Translations under genes and position numbers: made by a program
The notes under the pieces: generated by a model
The model's input: the letters and a program-made list of their open reading frames with translations, nothing else
Database searches by the model: none
What the model was told of the DNA's origin: nothing
Part shown: in pieces, positions 1 to 13,270 of the stretch
Layout of the letters: each line of letters begins with the position of its first letter
Numbering within the stretch: the stretch's first letter is position 1
From: Octopus bimaculoides
Taxonomy: Eukaryota
Length of the DNA stretch: 64,000 nucleotides
Direction: 5' to 3'
Assembly: GCF_001194135.2 (NCBI RefSeq)
Contig: NC_068987.1
Location: 73,751,504-73,815,503 of the forward strand

Positions 1-317
1 CTTTTTCTTTCCGATGTCTACGTGAACTTAATTGACGGGCGTTATGGTTGTACTGTTATGGTTGTTGTCATTTTTGTCGTCGTTGTAATTGTTATTACAG
101 TCTCAGATTCATTACATTTCAATGATAAAATTTATTCCCAGTTGCCCATAACTGGCGGTGGGGGAAGAAATATAGTTTTTCGGTGGCATAAGTGACTGGT
201 TTAGATCAAAGTCGAAATCAGTGTTCTTATCCTGACAAACACCAGGTCCCTCTCTTTCTTTCCTGAAGTGTTAGTGATATTTTGCCCTTCCCTTCGTCTT
301 CATTAGTTCTTTCTTTT

Positions 318-648
318 ATAGGCATAAGGCCTAATTTTGTGGGAAATGGCTAGTCAATTACATCAAGCCCAGTACCCCGACTAGTATTTATTCTGTCGAC
401 CTCGAAAAGATGAAAGGAAAATTTGACCTCGGTGATTTTTGAATTCAGAACGTAAATTCAGAAGAAATGTCCACCCCGGCTAAGAAGAGTCGCTTAGTCT
501 TTTGTCCAGCAAGGTAAAGATTCTACTTGCTTACCGCCTTTAAGGCTACAAGACAAAATCGGCCTCAGCGGAATTTGAACTCAGAATGTAGAGAAATTAT
601 GCTAAGCATTTTATTAGATGCTCTAACTATTCTGCCAGCTCGCTGCCT
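318..648 (-). mobile_element. SINE family A, two copies (one partial)
   Basis: Reverse match to consensus GGCGAGCTGGCAGAATCGTTAGCAC..GAGTTCAAATTCCGCCGAGGTCGACTTTGCCTTTCATCCTTTCGGGGTCGATAAA. Confidence 0.75.
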
Positions 649-1085
649 TGCTTCTTCGTTAAAGGAGGAGACAAGTAATTCTGCTGCCATAAATACTTTT
701 TTTTTCGACATAGTGTTGGACATGTTTAAAATCTTTTAAACCATATTAATTTTATTAAACATGGCAATTTTCCACTCCCTTTTCAATCCTTGCAGACTTC
801 TCTAGGGTGGGCGTTGGGGGGGGGGGAGGCTGGAACATCTCACAGAGAATAAATGGTTTAGATTATTCATAAACATTTGTACCAAGTTATTTTAAGTAAG
901 ATCTTTTTATGTAACAATGAGCGATTAAGCGAAGTGAAACTTCTGCCTTTCCTTTTAGTCCCACAGGAACTCCAAGTCTTTTTTACAGGATAAAATTGGG
1001 TCCCAGTCACATACTCCAGTCGAAAAAGCTTTCCCCTTATCTTAGAAATTATTGTTATTATTGTTGTTGCTGTTGTTGTTGTTTC

Positions 1086-1750
<665 letters not shown>

Positions 1751-1755
1751 TTATT

Positions 1756-1787
<32 letters not shown>

Positions 1788-1878
1788 CGAGTGAGAGAGC
1801 AGTGCATGCCATCAAAGTAACACTGGGGTACAAATATACGAAGCCCAGTATACCCATCATGACTTCCCGTCTGATAAG

Positions 1879-2105
1879 TGTACTCTTCCACCGCAACTTT
1901 CTCTCACTCTTACTTCCTGTTTCTGTTGTGCCTGTAATTCAAAGGGTCAGCCTTGTCACACTATGTCACGCTGAATATCCCCGAGAACTACGTTAAGGGT
2001 ACAGGTGTCTGTGGAGTGCTCAGCCACTTGCACATTAATTTCACGAGCAGGCTGTTCCGTTGATCGGATCAACTGGAACCCAGTGTCATAACCGACGGAG
2101 CGCCA
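1879..2105 (+). mobile_element. SINE-C 3' part
   Basis: Near-identical to 54625-54853. Confidence 0.9.
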
Positions 2106-2116
2106 ATTTATAAATA

Positions 2117-2147
<31 letters not shown>

Positions 2148-2240
2148 TCACACACATGTATACATACACGTGTGCATGTATGTTTGTGTGTGTGTGTGTG
2201 CGTGTGTATGTGTGTGTGTACGTGTACATAGATGCTTGTA

Positions 2241-2500
2241 GAAATCGGCTGCCCAGTGGATATGAATGTCTTATCAAACCGTTGAAGAAAGAACATCTGT
2301 GGAGAACTACCGAGAAAGATATAGCTCTTATATAAAGAAACTAAATTTTCATTTGTACCTAAATACGGCTATAAATCTACATAAAGACCTATAACTACTG
2401 AGGTTCTCCAAAATAAACAGAGCAGACTGATTAGCATATTCCATTCCAAAAACTATCGATTAGAAGTGTAGTGAATTACAAGGATTTTCCATTTTAAAAT
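2241..2500 (+). mobile_element. RLE-type LINE endonuclease C-terminal remnant
   Basis: EIGCPVDMNVL...NICGELPRKI*LLYKETKFSFVP, parallel to the better-preserved copy at 31745-32228. Confidence 0.6.
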
Positions 2501-2641
2501 CTTTTATGAGTATATCCACATAAACATTGGTGCATATGGAATACAGACGCATGCACGCAAACAGTGCTGAAGTCCTCACACATGTATACTTACGTGACAT
2601 GCACATCCTTCACACAAGTTCAAGTTTATCTACATCCAAGT

Positions 2642-2672
<31 letters not shown>

Positions 2673-3603
2673 NNNNNNNNNNNNNNNNNNNNNNNNNNNN
2701 NNNNNNNNNNNNNNNNNNNNNNNNNNNNNNNNNNNNNNNNNNNNNNNNNNNNNNNNNNNNNNNNNNNNNNNNNNNNNNNNNNNNNNNNNNNNNNNNNNNN
2801 NNNNNNNNNNNNNNNNNNNNNNNNNNNNNNNNNNNNNNNNNNNNNNNNNNNNNNNNNNNNNNNNNNNNNNNNNNNNNNNNNNNNNNNNNNNNNNNNNNNN
2901 NNNNNNNNNNNNNNNNNNNNNNNNNNNNNNNNNNNNNNNNNNNNNNNNNNNNNNNNNNNNNNNNNNNNNNNNNNNNNNNNNNNNNNNNNNNNNNNNNNNN
3001 NNNNNNNNNNNNNNNNNNNNNNNNNNNNNNNNNNNNNNNNNNNNNNNNNNNNNNNNNNNNNNNNNNNNNNNNNNNNNNNNNNNNNNNNNNNNNNNNNNNN
3101 NNNNNNNNNNNNNNNNNNNNNNNNNNNNNNNNNNNNNNNNNNNNNNNNNNNNNNNNNNNNNNNNNNNNNNNNNNNNNNNNNNNNNNNNNNNNNNNNNNNN
3201 NNNNNNNNNNNNNNNNNNNNNNNNNNNNNNNNNNNNNNNNNNNNNNNNNNNNNNNNNNNNNNNNNNNNNNNNNNNNNNNNNNNNNNNNNNNNNNNNNNNN
3301 NNNNNNNNNNNNNNNNNNNNNNNNNNNNNNNNNNNNNNNNNNNNNNNNNNNNNNNNNNNNNNNNNNNNNNNNNNNNNNNNNNNNNNNNNNNNNNNNNNNN
3401 NNNNNNNNTATATATATATATATATATATATGTATGCATATATGTATGTGTGTATGTATGAATGTACGTATGTACGTATGTGTGTATGCGTATATGTATG
3501 CATGCATGCATGTATATTTGTATGTATGTATGTATGTATGTATGTATGTGTGTGTGTGCGTGCGTGCATGTTACAAGGCTGACCCTTTGAACTACAGTTA
3601 TTA

Positions 3604-3733
3604 ATCATTTTTGCCAGCTGAGTGGACTGCAGCAATGTGAAATAATATGTCTTGCTGAAGGACACAACGCGTCGCCGGAAATTGAACTCACGACTGTGAG
3701 CCGAATTCCCTAATCACTAAGCCATATGCCTTC
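3604..3733 (-). mobile_element. SINE-D
   Basis: Reverse head and CORE-like segment. Confidence 0.8.
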
Positions 3734-3809
3734 ACTATATATGCACATATATATAAGTGTATATATATATACATACATGCACGCACACGCACACACACAC
3801 ATATATATT

Positions 3810-3970
3810 CCCTTTTGGTTAAGGCTGGATACCCATAAACTATGTGTTCAATTGTGTCTTCACAACTCTTCACATAATCTGCTGATATACTGTTAAACTT
3901 TGTAAGTTGCTTTATTCCCTATTTTTGGTAGATTTTTTTAGAAAGGCTTTACTCTTGTACTGCAATATAT
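3810..3970 (-). mobile_element. RLE-type LINE zinc-knuckle remnant, likely continuation of the 4600-5950 element
   Basis: IAVQE*SLSKKIYQK...CEDTIEHIVYGYPALTKREY matches the CCHC-region pattern ET.EH....C..L....Y. Confidence 0.65.
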
Positions 3971-4171
3971 AGAAAAAATAAACAAAGCCTTTCGATCTTA
4001 GCTTCGCACTACGTACTATTCAGCTAGTATGGAATTTCATCTCGATGTAACCTCATTTGAGCTTAGTTCAAATTTTTTAATATAACTTTTCTCAGTTCTA
4101 TATTTAAGAGATGAGGAATTATTTACATTATTTACATTTGACGGATATTTGTCCTCATCTTTTTTGTTGTT

Positions 4172-4217
4172 AACACAACGTTTCGGCTGATATACCCTCC
4201 AGCTTTCGTCAGGTGTC
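4172..4217 (-). ncRNA. Minimal type I hammerhead ribozyme motif (family H1)
   Basis: GACAC-CUGACGA-A-AGCUGG(AGGGUAUA)UCAGCC-GAAAC-GUU-GUGUU; 5-bp stem I, palindromic ACGU stem III, first stem II pair is A-C. Confidence 0.78.
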
Positions 4218-4301
4218 TTGGGTAAATTTCGAACCTGGGTTCTCATTCCTAACGATGTTACTATTATTATATTATTATTATTATTATTATTACTATTATT
4301 A

Positions 4302-4364
4302 GTGAATCGAACTCGGAACCTTGGGGTTAGTAGCCCGCGTTCTTAACCACTACGCCATATGCCC
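4302..4364 (-). promoter_or_regulatory. tRNA-like Pol III internal promoter within the PLE 3' end
   Basis: A box TGGCGTAGTGG (4357-4347), anticodon-like loop CTACTAA, B box GAGTTCGATTC (4314-4304); no full acceptor stem, so not a tRNA gene. Confidence 0.7.
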
Positions 4365-4599
4365 GTGGGCAATTATGGGGTGAATTTTGAGGCTTATAAA
4401 TCTATTATTTTTCTATCCTTCCTCAATACCGGTTCCCATATGCTATTCATATCTGCACTCGGTCTGCTTAGGAGGTTGTTGTGTCCTAGCATATGTGCTG
4501 CTTCTTTTAGTTTTCGTATTTTCCAGTGTTGTTCCCTGTCTATTATTTATTTATTATTTTTTTTTCTATTATTTTTTGTCTATTATTTTTTTTTTCTCG

Positions 4600-5950
4600 T
4601 TTGTTGTTTTCCATTTCTCCTTATAAGCGCCTCTTATTTGAAAGTCTGTTTTACTTGTTGGCTTCTCCGAAAACAAAACAGCCCTTCGTTCATGATTTGT
4701 TACTATTTGTATTTATCGCCCACCGTTCTTTGCTAAATGGTTTGGTATTCCTACAGAAGATATTTTATAAGGATATCCTAAGCGCAGAAAACCCCTACCT
4801 CAACATGTTCATGATAATCACAATATTTGAGAATCGGACTATAGAATCGGATATATTCTAAATGATGTGTTCTAAATTGGTATATCGTACCAATCGGACT
4901 TGGTATGATGTATTCTAAGTATTTTTTGTTTGTTTTTCTATCTAGTTTTGCTAATTTACTTAAACTTCTTGTTGCAAATATTGTACCATCAGTAGCAGAG
5001 CTAGAACGTTCATATATAGTTTTCTTTTTCAGTTAAGTTTGCTTAAGTATTAATCTAATACTCCTTTCTAATATTTTTGATTCATGCTACTTCCTAATTT
5101 TATATGTCTGCGTTTGGTCCAATTTCCTTTTCTGTGTTCCATTATCTAATACGATGTTAGTTGTTTTTAGTTTTTTTTCTTTTGTTAATTTTCTTTATTC
5201 ATGGTTACTGTGGTACATTTTTTTAAACCAAATTTCCTGTTAATTCTTTTTGCACTCTATGTTATCATATTGCCAGTTATTCATCATTTACCGAATACAC
5301 CTTGAAATCAACCATGAGCAAAAAACGCTGATTATTTCCTAATAGCAATTGTGTCCGAGTCTAATTTCATTTATCATGTTGATGGAAGATGTTTATGTCA
5401 GTTAGAAAATGAATAGAGAGCGAGAATTCTCGTTGGAATGTTCCACTTCTAATAGAGATCAGCTTCCCTTTTATCATTCCTCTTCTACTTATATCTGCAG
5501 AATTTTTTCATCTATTCATGACAAATTTGATATATCTGCTCTGTTTTTGGTGCTACCTTACTGATAGCTAATTTCAAAAATATTCTAATAGTCATTTCAC
5601 ATAATACTCATAAACTTTTATTAAGCTTTCGGTTATGATGTCATTGATCCGTAATTATCCTACAAAATCTTTAATCTTCTAGAGAATTCCATTTGTTCTT
5701 ATGGATAAAAGATTATTTTCAAGGAATCATTTACCCTCTGCAATATCATTAATGGTAAAGCCTGGAATGCTGGAAGCAGACAAATCATGTATCTGTAGTT
5801 AGGGAGTTTATAGTTTCTTCAGACTTCGGTAATAAGATCATTCTCTACTCATAGATGTAAAAAACAATAGCGTTTTATTAATAAGTTAATATATTCTTAC
5901 ACTGTTTCTATTATCATTGACATAATCTGTTTTCGATTTATTTTCCACGC
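4600..5950 (-). mobile_element. Degenerate RLE-type (R4/Dong-like) LINE RT region
   Basis: Manual minus-strand translation: GRMILLPKSEET..NYRYMICLLP, IRSGTFQ, LLMVDFKVYS (YMDDLKLY-like), FGLKKC, NIVLDNGTQKRKLDQTQTYK, KLDRKT; many stops and frameshifts. Confidence 0.75.
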
Positions 5951-6389
5951 TGTTATTTCATTGAAATTAATGGATATTTTTCGATGCACTGAGGTGCACT
6001 CCCTCTTCTTGTATATTACAGCTGCTACTCTCTGTTATGAGGTTACGTTAGTGATAGATCGATAGTATAACGGTTTTATTGGTAGTCACCAGTTTTTCTA
6101 CAACAGTTACATTTTTGTAAGTACCGTGCAATCAGGAGAGGTGACGAGAGGAATTGGCTCCTTTAGTACATCGCAAGGTCGATACAAATAAAAATATGAA
6201 AAGAGGATAAATCCTGTATAAGTGCCAGAAGGAAAAGAGAGACACAACCGGTAGAAAGTTTAAGAGAAGATTTTATTGATATGTCAACATGTGTATCTGT
6301 GTGTGAGTGCGACATATAAACATAATAATAGACAGGCCGTCATGTAAACAAAGTGTATGTGTATACAAACATGGATGTATGCGTGTGCG

Positions 6390-7345
6390 AGAAGTTGCAA
6401 AATCCATAATGTGGGGAATTGGATATTTGTCTGGTTGCGTTTTCGCATTAAGCTGTCTAAAATCTCCACAAGGACACCAGTCAATGAGATTCTTCTTCAC
6501 CATAACTAACGGTGTTGACCAGCTATTACTGGAAGGACGAATTATACCATGGTCCAACATATGACTAAACTCGGCCTTAGCAACCTTCAATTTTTCCGGA
6601 GATAGTCTTCTCGGCTTGGAAAAACTTGGTGGTCCTTGTGTGATGATGTGATGTTTCACTGAATGCAAACACTTGGTATTTAGAGCTAATGGTTTCGTAA
6701 TTTTAGGGTAATTCTACAGAATCCGGTGATAACGATTTTCTGAGGACGCCATGAAATACAATGGACTGACTGGCCTTTCTGCATCTCATTCCTTGGATGT
6801 TTAATGAAGTTTCTGTGTCTATCAGCTTTTGTTTTTCTACATCTACCATTAAATGATAGTGTGCCAGAAAATCTGTCCCTAATATTAGGTATTGCAGATT
6901 CGCTACGATGAAGATCCACTTATATTGTCTTCGTAAATTTAAATTCAGAGTTAAACTAATCTCTCCAAATGTTCGAATTTCAGACTGATTAACTGCTTGA
7001 AGAGTCAAATAAATAGGTTTTGGTTTCTCTTTCAAGAGTTTTACAGGCCAAATTGAACAGGCTGCTCCTGTATCTACCAGAAACCTTTCTTTCGAGTTCG
7101 AGTAAAATACGAAAAATACGCGACTTTTATTGAAGCTGTCCACAGATTTCATCGCATCTAATCTGTGGCTGAGAAGTTTCCCGAATTTTTGTTGTTGTTT
7201 AGAAAATCAAATGCACATGGCTTGGAACTTGGACTTCTTGATCTCTTTCGCCATTTTGCGTTGTTTCTTTTAGCAGAGCGACTGTCTCTTTCGGGTTGAA
7301 GACTTTCGATTTTCTTCGTCAACAACTCGTAACTTTCTTTCAAAC
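6390..7345 (-). mobile_element. Ty3/Gypsy LTR retrotransposon remnant (gag end, aspartic protease, RT N-terminus), frameshifted
   Basis: FLVDTGAACSI protease motif (ORF 6703-7152); [18 protein letters not shown]...[24 protein letters not shown] Gypsy RT motif (ORF 6273-6668); breaks off before the YxDD. Confidence 0.92.
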
Positions 7346-7465
7346 TTTCTCGTAACTTTCTTTCAATACCTGTATTTCGGTAGAAGAAAGTTCGTATTTA
7401 TGTGTAACAGAGAGAGAAAGAGAGAGAGAGAGGGGGGAGAGGGATAGAGAGAGAGAGGGGGGAGA

Positions 7466-7507
<42 letters not shown>

Positions 7508-7966
7508 TAGAGAGAGAGAGAGGAGGAGAGGGAAAGAGAGAGAGAGAGAGAAGAACGCTACAATAGAAATGGTGTAGCGCCGGACAAAATGTCCAGTAGT
7601 ATATAACTAGTCCCAGGAAGATTAAAAAAAAATTGCGCAGTTGATTAGTCTTTCATTTTTTTGAAGTTGATAAAAATAAAGTCCAGTCTAACACAGTAGC
7701 CGATAAAATCGACATTGCCCCTTCTCCCAGCATTTGTGGTCGTTTATTTGTTAGAAATCATAATTGTTTTTATGTTACACAATAATTATAAGCTGGCGGA
7801 AATCCATGTTTTCGACGTGGTTTCGATTTCTGTTTAAGAACCTTTCGTTTAACTTCTTCCTCATACGTAACATAACCTGGTTCTCATTGCTTGGAATGCG
7901 GCACAAATGAAATTGAATACTCAGTCTTCACAAATTCAACAATGCTTCCAATACATATAATTATAA

Positions 7967-8178
7967 GCCGGCGAGCTAGCAGAATCGTTAGCACGCCGGA
8001 CAAAATTCTCTGCAGCATTTCGTCTGTCTTTATGTTCTGAGTTCAAATCCGCCGAAGTCGACTTTGCCTTTCATCCTTTCGGAGTCGATAAGATAAGTAC
8101 CAGTTGAGTACTGGGATCGATGACATCGGCTTAGCCCCTTATCCCGAACTTGCTGGCTTTGTGCCAAATTGAAAACAA
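7967..8178 (+). mobile_element. SINE-A full length
   Basis: Head, body and tail match other copies. Confidence 0.9.
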
Positions 8179-9067
8179 TATACATAATTTATATATCATT
8201 TATATAAACGGTGCAGTGGAATCGCGTGAAATTCAGCACAGAGCGGCAGCATGGTCCGCTCATGTTCAGGAGATTTTTATTGCCCTCCAACTCCCACGGT
8301 TACCGAGATAATCGATTATTACTTTTTAAGATAGGAATATCCTATTCAAAGTGAGGAGGGGCNNNNNNNNNNNNNNNNNNNNNNNNNNNNNNNNNNNNNN
8401 NNNNNNNNNNNNNNNNNNNNNNNNNNNNNNNNNNNNNNNNNNNNNNNNNNNNNNNNNNNNNNNNNNNNNNNNNNNNNNNNNNNNNNNNNNNNNNNNNNNN
8501 NNNNNNNNNNNNNNNNNNNNNNNNNNNNNNNNNNNNNNNNNNNNNNNNNNNNNNNNNNNNNNNNNNNNNNNNNNNNNNNNNNNNNNNNNNNNNNNNNNNN
8601 NNNNNNNNNNNNNNNNNNNNNNNNNNNNNNNNNNNNNNNNNNNNNNNNNNNNNNNNNNNNNNNNNNNNNNNNNNNNNNNNNNNNNNNNNNNNNNNNNNNN
8701 NNNNNNNNNNNNNNNNNNNNNNNNNNNNNNNNNNNNNNNNNNNTTATAATGAATGCTCATTTAAATGTATTTTGCATGGAGTTGATGTACTTTTTAACAG
8801 GAGAGGAGTGCCTGCAGGCTGGTTCTTCTCAAATTTATGCCTTTTCAGGTTCAATGTGTTTCAAATAAGTACTGACAATTGAAGGTGCTTGCAAAGACAA
8901 AGAACTACCTGTTTTTTTTTTTAACAATTTTAACACTGAGAACATTGGACAAAATATGTTATTGACATTAATAGTTTGTACCTCAGCTAATTACTGTTGA
9001 GAACTGCATAATCCATGTGTCATGTTAGAGATCTAAAAGGCATTTTCGAATTTCATTATTTTCTTTA

Positions 9068-9097
9068 ATCCAGGCAACGCTGGATATTTCTGCTAGT
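9068..9097 (+). mobile_element. Helitron-type 3' terminus
   Basis: Hairpin ATCCAG-GCAACG-CTGGAT, then 7 nt and CTAG|T; possible 5' A|TC at 8195-8197. Confidence 0.6.
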
Positions 9098-9189
9098 AAG
9101 CATATAGGATTAAGGGTCTTATCTCAATTGGGGTACCATACAATAATATCACACTTCAGTGGCTATAGTAATTATCATATCAAGTAGCT

Positions 9190-9990
9190 CACGAAACCCA
9201 CCTCACAGCAACACCACAGAATTACACTGCACAATACCACAACAGTACTCTACAGAAGTACACTACCAAGCTAGACCACAACTCACGCCAACACCGCTCA
9301 AGGACATCACATTACAGGACTATACTACAACACCGTACCGCAGAAATACACAACACCATCCTATGTATAAACCAGCACCAGAGCACAACACCAAACAACA
9401 ATACCGTAGAACAGAAATACATCACATCAACACACTACATCACAAGACCAAAATACATCACACTATAAAACTGCAGCAAACTACGACACCTCACAATTAC
9501 ACTCCACAACTACAACACCACGCTACATTACGTCACAGCAACATCACCCCAAAATGTTGCACTAGGATAGCGCACCAAAACATCATACTATACTACAGAC
9601 CTATATTACAACATATAGGTTGTAATATATCATGCCCAAGTACTGTAGCACATCACAACATCTCAACACGCAACACTGCTGCTCCGAAGCACAGAAATAT
9701 ACTGCACCACAACGCTCCAAAACAACACTACAATACCACAGTAGACCACAACACTAGACGTGCCACTTCAAGACAACAGCACTTCAAGACAATAACACAG
9801 CATTGCAACACACACCAGAACTGCAGCACAATACAATACAACAGGACTACGACACAAAATGACCCCAACAGTAATGCAGGATAACATAAACGGTACCAAA
9901 GTACACTAGCACAATTCTGTACAACAGCACAATACCTCTATCAAAACACCACAACGCCGCAACACCACAATGCTCCACCACAAGTAACAC
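9190..9990. repeat. Degenerate CAA/CAC-rich low-complexity tract
   Basis: Recurring caacac/cacaac/acatcac words, strong A+C strand skew. Confidence 0.7.
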
Positions 9991-11639
9991 AATTCTTCAA
10001 TTACAGTAATACGATCCCGCAACGCAATTAAAACCAAGACAGGAGATACTACGTGGTTATTCGACTTGCTAGAAATAACGACGTAGTTTCTCTCAAATCC
10101 CGTTTACACCCTTGCAAAAGGACATGTTAGATGAGGTTGTTCTGAATTCACTGATCGTAGGAAAAGACGGGATGGCCGCTGATGAAATCCCTTTGATAAC
10201 AAATCTGCTCGATCAGTATTGACCTAGGGTTAGATAACAAATTTTCAGTTTTTTCCTGAAATTTTCAAATTGTAAAGTTAAATTATGGTCACCCTGTACA
10301 CACACACACGCACACACGTAATATATACCGTTGACGTCAGATCTACTAACGGTTATTTTAAAATACTTAATAGCGTTCTGTTTATCACTTATGCAGTCAC
10401 CAAAATTGTTAAACTGTCTTGTTGGTGAGATTGGTTCTCTTTCTTTCCCGATGAGAAGATTACATTATTTTACACCGTTTATTACTATGGAATAAAACTA
10501 ATGTTGTCTTCGAAACATATGTCGAAAGTAAAGGAATTTGAATAACATCTGCGTTTAACTCCATTTATTTACTTATACTATACAAATTACTGCACATTAA
10601 CCCGGAGTTTCTACCTTTGAATAGGTCACNNNNNNNNNNNNNNNNNNNNNNNNNNNNNNNNNNNNNNNNNNNNNNNNNNNNNNNNNNNNNNNNNNNNNNN
10701 NNNNNNNNNNNNNNNNNNNNNNNNNNNNNNNNNNNNNNNNNNNNNNNNNNNNNNNNNNNNNNNNNNNNNNNNNNNNNNNNNNNNNNNNNNNNNNNNNNNN
10801 NNNNNNNNNNNNNNNNNNNNNNNNNNNNNNNNNNNNNNNNNNNNNNNNNNNNNNNNNNNNNNNNNNNNNNNNNNNNNNNNNNNNNNNNNNNNNNNNNNNN
10901 NNNNNNNNNNNNNNNNNNNNNNNNNNNNNNNNNNNNNNNNNNNNNNNNNNNNNNNNNNNNNNNNNNNNNNNNNNNNNNNNNNNNNNNNNNNNNNNNNNNN
11001 NNNNNNNNNNNNNNNNNNNNNNNNNNNNNNNNNNNNNNNNNNNNNNNNNNNNNNNNNNNNNNNNNNNNNNNNNNNNNNNNNNNNNNNNNNNNNNNNNNNN
11101 NNNNNNNNNNNNNNNNNNNNNNNNNNNNNNNNNNNNNNNNNNNNNNNNNNNNNNNNNNNNNNNNNNNNNNNNNNNNNNNNNNNNNNNNNNNNNNNNNNNN
11201 NNNNNNNNNNNNNNNNNNNNNNNNNNNNNNNNNNNNNNNNNNNNNNNNNNNNNNNNNNNNNNNNNNNNNNNNNNNNNNNNNNNNNNNNNNNNNNNNNNNN
11301 NNNNNNNNNNNNNNNNNNNNNNNNNNNNNNNNNNNNNNNNNNNNNNNNNNNNNNNNNNNNNNNNNNNNATATATAGGCATACATGCACACATACATACAT
11401 ACACGCATGCATGCACAAGCACACATACACATACATATTGTACTAATCTGAAGGATACCCACTCTGATGTCGAAATCATGTGATTTGTGGAAACGTGCGT
11501 AGCGATGTATTAAATATTTATAAATTCCATCCTAGAATTATTGTTATTATTATATTTATCCTATATTATATCGGTATAACCGTGATGCAACCCCGAAAAA
11601 CTGACAGACCAGTCAGTATTATTAGACGGTAGCTGGCAT

Positions 11640-11810
11640 AATGAAATAGGAGCTTGGCACCGGTGACGTAACAGCTCATTCCTTTAAGACGAGCAAGATG
11701 AAATGAAATGCCTTGCTCAAGAATACAACATACAGCCTGATTCGAGAATCGAACTCATAGCTTAACAATTAAAAACCCGACGCTCTGATCACTGAGCCAT
11801 ACGCCTTCTC
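11640..11810 (-). mobile_element. SINE-D
   Basis: Shares the agcttggcacc.gtgac segment with the 18610 copy. Confidence 0.75.
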
Positions 11811-12451
11811 ACACACACAGAGGCACACACACACACACACATACACACACACAGACACAGAATTTTACGCACATGAATGAATAAAATAAAACTGCAATAC
11901 TGTACACTGCCCACACTAGATAACACAAAACTATTCCGTACTAAGCTATACATTATACTAATCCATACTAAAGCACATTATACCACAGCATACAAACATC
12001 ACATTAGAGTACTTTAGAGTACACCACCACGACGCCGCTCCGAAATACCAAGGCGAAGACCTCACACATGGAATTGCGGAGAAATATTTAGAAAGATCTA
12101 ATGCATCTTTTGGCCTGCAGCGACTGATTTGCTTCGGAATTAATGTTGGTGTATTGGTGTGATGGTAAGTTACCGTGGAATGGTAGTGTAGAACTATAAA
12201 GATTTGGTGGTATGATGCAGTGGTGGTGGTGGTGGTGGTGGTGAAGTGATATCATCGTAATGAGGTGGTATGATAATATGATAATGCAGTAGTTGTGATA
12301 ATATGATAATGTGGTTATATAATGAGTTTGTGGTAGTGGTAGTGGTAGTAGTCTGATGTGGTGGTATGGTGATATGATAGTGTGGTAGTATATGTGCGAC
12401 AGTATATGTGTTTATATATATAGATATGCATGTGTGTATATTTGAAGAGTG

Positions 12452-12454
<3 letters not shown>

Positions 12455-12530
<76 letters not shown>

Positions 12531-12871
12531 NNNNNNNNNNNNNNNNNNNNNNNNNNNNNNNNNNNNNNNNNNNNNNNNNNNNNNNNNNNNNNNNNNNNNN
12601 NNNNNNNNNNNNNNNNNNNNNNNNNNNNNNNNNNNNNNNNNNNNNNNNNNNNNNNNNNNNNNNNNNNNNNNNNNNNNNNNNNNNNNNNNNNNNNNNNNNN
12701 NNNNNNNNNNNNNNNNNNNNNNNNNNNNNNNNNNNNNNNNNNNNNNNNNNNNNNNNNNNNNNNNNNNNNNNNNNNNNNNNNNNNNNNNNNNNNNNNNNNN
12801 NNNNNNNNNNNNNNNNNNNNNNNNNNNNNNNNNNNNNNNNNNNNNNNNNNNNNNNNNNNNNNNNNNNNNNN

Positions 12872-12925
<54 letters not shown>

Positions 12926-12973
12926 ATAGCGGTGGTGATTGATGGTAGTGATGGTAGTGATTACGGTGACGGG

Positions 12974-13006
<33 letters not shown>

Positions 13007-13270
13007 GGTGGTAGTGTGTGTGTATGTGTGTGTACGTGTGCGTGTGTATGTGTGTGTGTATGTGTGTGTATGTGTGTGTGTATGTGTGTGTGTGTATGTG
13101 TGTGTGCGTGTATATGTGTGTGTATGTGTGTGTGTGTGTATGTGTGTGTATGTATGTGTGTGTGTGTGTATGTGTGTGTATGTATGTGTGTGTGTGTGTA
13201 TGTGTGTGTGTATGTGTGTGTGTGTATGTGTGGGTATGTGTGTGTGTGTGTGTGTATGTGTGTGTGTATA
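12455..13270. repeat. (GA)n with gap, (GAT/GGT)n and (TG)n arrays
   Basis: Directly visible; similar arrays at 1204-1326, 7410-7550, 26319-26412, 27869-27937, 43417-43575, 49833-49937, 56120-56400, 56588-56661, 59570-59650. Confidence 0.95.

Larger units (their letters stand above)
4093..4548 (-). mobile_element. Penelope-like element 3' end: GIY-YIG C-terminus, tRNA-like cassette, hammerhead, tail
   Basis: IIDREQHWKIRKLKEAAHMLGHNNLLSRPSADMNSIWEPVLRKD* resembles PLE endonuclease C-termini; followed by A/B boxes, (AAT)n and a hammerhead motif. Confidence 0.72.

Noticed and set aside
6000-6290. Possible LTR/PBS for the Gypsy remnant
   Set aside because: No second LTR and no clear TG..CA boundaries
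9159-9884. 241-aa T/H/Q-rich ORF
   Set aside because: Low-complexity DNA lacking stops by composition; GTG start, no splice signals or domain
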